In this document: positions 57,485 to 64,000 of the stretch, one piece after another
How positions within the stretch are numbered: position 1 is the first letter of the stretch
Layout: each line of letters begins with the position of its first letter
NCBI GenBank assembly: GCA_977018835.1
Contig: OZ361256.1
Span: 3,162,001-3,226,000 of the forward strand
Length of the DNA stretch: 64,000 bases
DNA from: Minutocellus sp. GHC0000111
Taxonomy: Eukaryota
Direction of reading: 5' to 3'
Notes under the pieces: model-generated
Told to the model about the DNA's origin: nothing
The model's database searches: none
What the model saw: only the letters and a program-made list of their open reading frames with translations
Program-made: the position numbers and the translations under genes

Positions 57485-60078
57485 TTATACATTTCCTCTT
57501 ACCAATGAAAACAAGCCGGGAATGTCGATGATCCTGAGGCCGGACTTATTTTCGCCACTCATGATGATTTGTGCCGCCTGGTATTTCTTCCCGCTCTGGA
57601 CGCTACGGCCATCATCGAATTGACCTCCAACAACAAGATAGTTCGTTTTTCCACTGACGGCGCCTCGGACCAAGCCACCGCAGTCTTTGATGAGCTTTTC
57701 GGCAGCAGAGCGGGAGTATCCCACAGGCTCACCTGTGAGCACAAATGCAATGCCTTTGAGGGCATTTTCTTTGAGAGCGGGAGGTGCGGTTGAAGTGGAT
57801 GAATCGTTGGGAGATCGGAAGGAAGGCGCCGGCACGCCAGCGGGCTGGACATCTTCTGGCTCGTCCCATCGGTTAATTGTGGATAAGTCGTTGGGGTTTG
57901 CATAAAATGCAAGTGCTCGTTTGTCGGCCCGGACAAGACTAGGCTGAAAGTTCCTTAATTCAAGGCCAGATTCATTGGTAGCTCTACTCAAAGCAACATA
58001 CGCCTGAGCTTCGGTGAACACCCCTTTTAAGTCGGCTTTCACATAATCGAGTGATAGTCCCTGTGATTTGTGCACAGTAATAGCCCACGCAAGCTTCAGA
58101 GGGACGGCCTTGCGGACGCAAGTTCCCAGACCGACGATTCTGGATTCAAATCGCACCGGACGGATGACTCGTCGGCGACCGCTGCTGAATTGAACGATGG
58201 GATAGCTTTGGTCGTCATCGTCGGAATCGTCGTCCTCATAATCAATATCACACTCATCACCACTTTTTCCGCCGCCGGTATTTGTAAAACCAATAATCTT
58301 TCCTCGTGAGCCATTGACGAGGCGATTCTTGTGGTCGTCCGTCTGTTCGTTTTTAATCAACATGACTTGGGCACCTTTCTTGAGATCCAATTCAGCCTCG
58401 GCAAGACATTGGCGGTAGAATCCATTTCGAAGAAGCTGACTTTGGGCCCAGTGAGGAGCGTCGTCTTCAGGCTCGGCAAAATCTTCTGCTTCATACGTCA
58501 CTTTTTTGCCGGCAAGTTTGTTCAGATGCATGTTATTTTCAGCTGTGACGTCCTTGTTGGTAGCGTAGAGCTTTGTGGCCTCAATACCATCCTTGTTGGG
58601 CAGAAGGGGACGATTGCAGCGCTCGAGAAATTTGAGGGATTCGGGTGACACCTTCCCGAAGCGGATTTCGTGTAGCACCGAGATGAAATCGCTATTCTTC
58701 TGACGAAAGACCTGATCCAACTGAATAACCTCGAATCCGGCATTTTTCCAGGCTTTGGACTGGAAGGCGAAGCCTCGATCTTGGTGCAAATCAGCAGCAG
58801 ACTTGCCTTGGCGGGCAAGCGCATTTTGAGCAGCCTCCACCTTATACTTGCTCTTGGGTATAGGTGGTAACTGCAACATGTCACCACAAGCAATGAGTTG
58901 GATGTTGCCGAATGGCTGGCTGCTCGGTGTGCCGCGGACTTTGCAAACGACGTTGGACAAGCGGTCGAGGAATTCACCACTAATCATGCTTACTCTGCAA
59001 TAATGACGAGTGAGTGTGGGCAGAGGTTAGATGAATGCAATGCAATACATACAACACACATACAGAAGCACAGTTTGTAAATCTGCCACACTTACTCTTC
59101 AATCACCATCACATCCAGATGACGCCAGTTCTTCTTTTTGTCCCAAACCTTCTCAAAATCTTTGGCAGTTTCCGGAACGCCACAGCCGGCGAAGGAGTGA
59201 ATTGTTTGGCCACCCACGGAGATGGCGGTAGGACCAGTTGGAGCCACAGCCACAAATTTGTTCGGATTCGACCTGTATTTGGTCTTGAGATGGTGCATAA
59301 TATGGCTCAACACGACGCTCTTTCCCGTGCCGGCAGGGCCGGTGATGAAGATGTTATCACCCCTTTTGGCGGATTCGATGGCCTTGGATTGGAGAGCATT
59401 GGGAGTTTTGAAGAGAGAGCCAAAGCCAACTCCAGGTCCACCACCCTTTGTACCAGGACGGCCGACAGCCTCCAGAGGCGAGGCTATGCCCTGCGCGGCC
59501 TTTCCAAGGCCCTTACCGGCCGTGTGGCCCATTTTGGACATCATTTTATGAGCGAATCTGGAGTAGGATGCCGACGCCGACGCTGATGAAGATGCATGCA
59601 CATCACCTGCAGCCTCTTCATCGGACGAATCGCATAGATCCACCGGCTCGGATGGAGCAGTAGCTGAACCCGCAGTAGAATTGGTACGAAATGCCGAGGG
59701 CTTCCGATCGTCGTCCTCATACTTTGCTCTCTTGTTGCTGTTGGCAGTGCTGCCGGTCGTGTTGACGTCGTCGCTCTCCTGGGAGCACAAATCGACGATA
59801 CCTGCCGACGCACCGTGTGATGACGATGCAGCACCCGCAGCGGCCACTGCGGCACCAAACCTGCCCGTATCCGACGAGGCATGCATGTACGTGCCAGCGT
59901 TGGCACCACTATTACCCTCCTTCACCAAAAAACCTTGCGCCTCTGTCCGCGTTTTGAAGGACTTGTACCTGGCGCCCGGAAAGCCGGTGACCTGGGCGGA
60001 GCATTCGTCCCACGTATCGTAGATGGCCGGCCCGGAACGACCCCTGGCGACGGCGTAGTGCTTGCGTTTGCCGGCCAT
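57485..60078 (-). CDS. PIF1: Pif1-family helicase fused to RNase H1 N-terminal hybrid-binding domain, G-patch and C-terminal BRCT; two exons (60078-59096, 58994-57485)
   Basis: HBD HYAVARGR..AIYDTWDEC..QVTGFPGARYKSF; G-patch KMMSKMG..GKGLGK..QGIASPL; helicase FITGPAGTGKS, TIHSFAG, CGDMLQLPP, VFRQ, PLKLAWAITVHKSQGLSL, QAYVALSR; BRCT FVLTG...SR..AEKLIKDCGG.V..AVSGKTNYLVVG. Confidence 0.92.
58995..59095 (-). other. 101-nt spliceosomal intron in PIF1
   Basis: GTAAGT donor, CTAAC branch point and TTGCAG acceptor. Splicing restores VMVIEE-VSMISGEF. Confidence 0.9.
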
Positions 60079-60616
60079 GGCTGCTTGTGGTTGCACGAGT
60101 GGATGGCTGAGTGGCAGTTGCCCAAATGTTCAAATAGCAAATAAAGTTTGAGCGGCAGCAGCTGCAGCATTAGCAGGCAGCAGCATCATGTTGAGCGAGA
60201 GCGGAACGAGCAAGCCGCTCTTTCCCCTAAAATTTTCTTCCTTCTTTCTCCATTTCCCTCTTTATTGTGCACATGTCATTTCGAAAAGAAATTGAAAGCC
60301 GCCTCGTCATCCAAAAAATGGTGCCGAAGGCATTGGCCCCCGACCGCCGTTGACTGTTATTGGTACCACAGCAACCTCGTCGACGCCGTCTCTTGCCGCA
60401 GATTGACGCATTCGGTGTCCTTCCATCCGTATCTGGTGCTGGTATCTTCCTTCTGAAGCCCATTCGGTGAAGTATCGCTCCCAACACATCTCGTGCCGGT
60501 TTTGTGTGGACTACGTGGCGTGGACAAGAAAGAACCCATCAGTTAGTCAGTTGAAGTCAGCCCCAGAGCGCTGTCTCCTTCTCCCTCTGAGTGCCCAAAA
60601 ATAACCGCGCAGGAAA

Positions 60617-62911
60617 ATGGCGAAGCGATTAGGTCTATCTTTTCGGAGACGGGCGGCGGTGCAAGTCAGTGCCAGCAGCGGTGGTACCAGCAATAAGCGA
60701 GGCCGCAGTCGATCGGCGTCGGACAAAGCCAACAAGGCAAAAAAGCCCCCCGTCGTCGTCGCCGACCATCGGACCCCTCGGGACCTCGGCGAGATCACCA
60801 CCACCATCGCCAAGGGCAGCCTCGCTCCCGCCGCACAGCCAAGTCCCCGAAAGAACGGCAGCGCCACCCTCTCGTCGGCCCTCGATACGGCCGACATGTC
60901 CAGCCAATCCTCGTCCAACATGACTCCCGCGGACCAAATCCCCTGGGTGGAGGTGCCCGTCGACGACCCCAATGTGGACGGGGAGGCCCTCCTGGTCCGC
61001 CGGGTGCAGTCCATCCCGAGTCCGCAATACACCAACGATGCCGACCCGTACGGTGACGTGCGGAATCGGTTGGAACAATTGAGTTTGCGGGATAAGCTGA
61101 CGCATGCCCATCACACATACATTACACCCGACAGTGCAAATAATAGTGGTGGCAGTGAAAATGGAACCATGATCATGGCCACGGGCATCACCACCAGCTC
61201 AGCAAATAGCAAAAAGAGGAAGAAGAAGGTCCCGTCGGACCCGAACAAACACGACCACAACCACATCCCCTTCTTTGCCGCCATGACGACGTATCTGGGC
61301 TACACCGTCCTCATCTTCATTGATTATGTGAGGGATATCTGTGCCAGTATCTTCCGTTCCGGGAGGTACTACCGCAACAACAAGAATGCGCACAATGCTG
61401 CTGCTGCTGCTGCTGCTAATAGCACGCCATCGAGGGCAACTAACAACTCACAGGCACATACACAGGCACAAGAGCTTTCCAAAGCCACTGGGCCATTCCC
61501 TTCGGACAACCTGACGCTGTACGCACCCCTCCTCAAATCGTGGGAGGACTTTTACACCCGCCGCCTCTACCATCGCATTCAGGACTGCTTCAACCGGCCC
61601 ATCGCCTCCCGGCCCGGGGCTGCCATCCGCGTCCTGGAACGCGTCAGCTGGGACGGCAACAAGACCATGGAGGTGCTGGGATCGCTGGACAACCTCGAGA
61701 CCCTCCAACAGCGACACGAGTACACCCGCGGAGAGCACTTTGTCCTGAGCCAACCGTCCGACCGGGTCAGCCGGGCCTGCCTCAATCTGGGCAGCTACAA
61801 CTACCTTGGGTTTGCCGATGACTGGTACATCACCTGCCGTAGGGGGGTGCTGTCCAGCCTCAACCAGCTGCCCATATCGCCGTCCTCGAGCCGGATGGAG
61901 TACGGCACCACCTCCCTCCACGTCGAGGTGGAGCAGATCGTGGCCAAGTTCCTCCAGAAGGACGACGCCATGGTCCTGAACATGGGCTTCAACACCAACG
62001 CCACGACCATCCCGGCCCTGATGGAGCGGGGGGACCTGCTGGTGTCCGACGAGCTCAACCACACCAGCATCGTCAACGGCGCCCGGGCGTCCGGCGCTGC
62101 CATCCGCACCTTCCGGCACAACGATGCCGACCACCTCGAGGAGATTCTGAGCACGGCCATTGTGATGGGCCGGCCCCGAACTCGTCGTCCGTGGAACAAG
62201 ATCATGGTCATCGTCGAGGGCATCTACAGCATGGAGGGCGAGTACTGCGACCTGCGCAACATCGTTGCCGTCTGCAAGAAGTACGGTGCCTACCTGTATT
62301 TGGATGAGGCGCACAGCATCGGCGCCATGGGCCCCACTGGACGTGGGTGCTGTGAGTACACCGGTGTCGATCCTGCCGATGTAGACATTCTGATGGGAAC
62401 CTTTACCAAGAGTTTCGGTGGGATGGGTGGCTACATTGCCGGCAATAAGGATGTCATTGCCTACCTCCGGAAAAAGTGTGCCGGGTCGTCCTTTCACAAT
62501 TCGCTTAGTCCGGTCGTTTGTCAGCAGATTATTAGCAGCTTCAAGGTCATTATGGGCGAGGATGGGACCGATATCGGCAAGAGGAAGCTCACTGCGCTTA
62601 GGGATAACTCCAACTACTTCCGAATGCGGCTTATGGACATGGGCCTGCACGTTCTTGGTCATTTTGACAGTCCCATCATCCCGGTGATGTTGTACAATCC
62701 TACCAAGATTGCCGCATTTTCTCGGGAATGTCTGAAGCGCGGCCTTGCAGTTGTTGTGGTGGGTTTCCCCGCTGTTCCGATCCTAATGTCTCGAGCTCGG
62801 TTCTGCATTTCGGCTGCTCATACCCGTGTCGAACTCGACCGGGCTCTGGTAGAAATTGAGGAGATTGCCACACTGCTCAAGCTGAAGTACAATAAGTCCA
62901 TCTGTGGTTGA
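60617..62911 (+). CDS. LCB2: Serine palmitoyltransferase subunit 2 (long chain base biosynthesis protein 2)
   Basis: FYTRRLYHRIQDCFNRPI, CLNLGSYNYLGF, SDELNHTSI, EGIYSMEG, DEAHSIG, PLP motif GTFTKSFG, RARFCISAAH. Confidence 0.96.
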   Translation: MAKRLGLSFRRRAAVQVSASSGGTSNKRGRSRSASDKANKAKKPPVVVADHRTPRDLGEITTTIAKGSLAPAAQPSPRKNGSATLSSALDTADMSSQSSSNMTPADQIPWVEVPVDDPNVDGEALLVRRVQSIPSPQYTNDADPYGDVRNRLEQLSLRDKLTHAHHTYITPDSANNSGGSENGTMIMATGITTSSANSKKRKKKVPSDPNKHDHNHIPFFAAMTTYLGYTVLIFIDYVRDICASIFRSGRYYRNNKNAHNAAAAAAANSTPSRATNNSQAHTQAQELSKATGPFPSDNLTLYAPLLKSWEDFYTRRLYHRIQDCFNRPIASRPGAAIRVLERVSWDGNKTMEVLGSLDNLETLQQRHEYTRGEHFVLSQPSDRVSRACLNLGSYNYLGFADDWYITCRRGVLSSLNQLPISPSSSRMEYGTTSLHVEVEQIVAKFLQKDDAMVLNMGFNTNATTIPALMERGDLLVSDELNHTSIVNGARASGAAIRTFRHNDADHLEEILSTAIVMGRPRTRRPWNKIMVIVEGIYSMEGEYCDLRNIVAVCKKYGAYLYLDEAHSIGAMGPTGRGCCEYTGVDPADVDILMGTFTKSFGGMGGYIAGNKDVIAYLRKKCAGSSFHNSLSPVVCQQIISSFKVIMGEDGTDIGKRKLTALRDNSNYFRMRLMDMGLHVLGHFDSPIIPVMLYNPTKIAAFSRECLKRGLAVVVVGFPAVPILMSRARFCISAAHTRVELDRALVEIEEIATLLKLKYNKSICG

Positions 62912-63072
62912 GTGAAACGAAACGCATGGGTGTAATCATGCATCGCTCCATACGACATGTGGCGAGGCTTTCACGTCTATCTATCTTTATATCTTAACAT
63001 GTTAAGTGTTATTTGTCAACAAGTCAGATTCGTATGTCCAGGTATGTAACTACATCAAACTGACCATGATTT

Positions 63073-64000
63073 TTATCCAACAGTAGCGATTGTTCCGACG
63101 ACGGCCATGCCGGTGCCACCAATGATGAAAAGCCAATCAAGAGCCTTCTCCCAGAGTGGAAGGCGCCCGCCGAACAGAACGATGTGGGCACCAGCCGGGA
63201 AAATGACGGAGACAATCATTGTGCAGATGAGGCCAACCAATGAGCAGAGGAAACTGAATGATGGGAAAAATATGGCAACCGCCAACGCCAGGACAATCAA
63301 AATCAGCTTGATCAGGGACGAGGCGACCTCCATCGCGGTTTCGCTTGGAACATACGGGGCCACGATTTCCTCAATGCCCAGTGCAAGAGGAAACATTGTC
63401 AGCGTAAACTTCGAAAAGGCAGTCAAAATCATCAACCACGTCAACATATCCATGGCAAGCTTGGGAGCTGTTCCCGCGGTGGCCAAGGAAATGGTAATCT
63501 GATCCTCGACGAAAGAGCCAAACATGTAGTAGCCGCTCACAGCGACCAAGCAGCAGCACGTAATGACAATCGAGAAGGTGAAGGTGACCATAGGTTCAAA
63601 GTCTTGCGGTCTCTTCATTGACGAGTAAATACTGGGAACGATGGCATGGCCACTAAAAGCATATGCGATCAATCCAAGAGCCAAGGGCAACCCAGATGTT
63701 CTCCACAAAATGTGATGCGGTGTGTCTTCAAGTCGGCCGTATCGTTCGGCGAGAGAATCGGTTATATCACCAGCAGATACAGCGGAAGCAACGACCGACA
63801 GCACAACTGCCACGGTGGCGAATGTTCCGACGGCACTTAGATACGACAGCAACCTTGGTGTTCGGAGCAGAGCCGTGGGAATTGTCAGGACGATTGCAAC
63901 TGCACACATGTGCTTGCTTTGGCTTATCTCAGGGAAAAGCGTGAACAAGTGATCGAAGCGACTCACAAAGAAAATGGCCAGGCACGAGAACAGCTCGAAA
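63073..64000 (-). CDS. Amino acid transporter (Aa_trans / AVT1-like vacuolar family), 5'-partial
   Basis: Multi-TM protein with AFSGHAIVPSIYSSMKRP, GYYMFG..VEDQIT, SKFTLTMFPL and PSFSFLCSLVG. The frame is open to the window end. Confidence 0.92.
   Translation of the reverse strand, partial: FELFSCLAIFFVSRFDHLFTLFPEISQSKHMCAVAIVLTIPTALLRTPRLLSYLSAVGTFATVAVVLSVVASAVSAGDITDSLAERYGRLEDTPHHILWRTSGLPLALGLIAYAFSGHAIVPSIYSSMKRPQDFEPMVTFTFSIVITCCCLVAVSGYYMFGSFVEDQITISLATAGTAPKLAMDMLTWLMILTAFSKFTLTMFPLALGIEEIVAPYVPSETAMEVASSLIKLILIVLALAVAIFFPSFSFLCSLVGLICTMIVSVIFPAGAHIVLFGGRLPLWEKALDWLFIIGGTGMAVVGTIATVG

Noticed and set aside
57485..60078. Helitron RepHel as the source of the Pif1
   Set aside because: No HUH Rep motifs or Helitron termini were seen. 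The gene has an intron and lies between conserved housekeeping genes.
61448..62662. Long antisense or alternative-frame ORFs (e.g. 61448-62662, 52045-53061, 20396-21328, 1-753)
   Set aside because: They are shadow ORFs of GC-rich, TA-poor real genes and have no domain signatures.
1..64000. tRNA, rRNA or other structured ncRNA genes
   Set aside because: None recognised by eye. A covariance-model scan (tRNAscan-SE, Infernal/Rfam) would be needed to exclude them.

Overview
This is gene-dense eukaryotic nuclear DNA, most likely from a diatom or related ochrophyte. The evidence is signal-peptide + AF bipartite plastid presequences, a nuclear sigma-70 factor, a diatom-type HSF and a GT-AG intron. 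About 28 genes or pseudogenes are recognisable, including two PPR-SMR genes each next to a RING-like/multi-TM paralog, kringle-LamG, FG-GAP and LNR type II membrane proteins, a bestrophin, a SET methyltransferase, a fucosyltransferase-like GT, METTL21-like, TMEM144-like, Sel1 proteins, PP4R3/SMEK, an RNaseH1-HBD/G-patch/Pif1/BRCT fusion, LCB2 and a partial amino-acid transporter. Many genes carry 1-2 nt frameshifts, often in homopolymers, which are probably assembly errors. The most striking signals involve the TpA dinucleotide. (1) Discrete kb-sized islands have almost no TpA, and Tyr codons there appear converted to Cys/His (TA>TG/CA), including conserved tyrosines of an HSF domain; this looks like a RIP-like hypermutation acting on A:T pairs. 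(2) TA-flanked palindromic motifs (TACATGTA, TAGGCCTA, TACCGGTA, TAGATCTA) are strongly over-represented, and one of them is an apparent insertion in the TIR of a TA-targeting MITE. All counts were made by eye and need computational confirmation.
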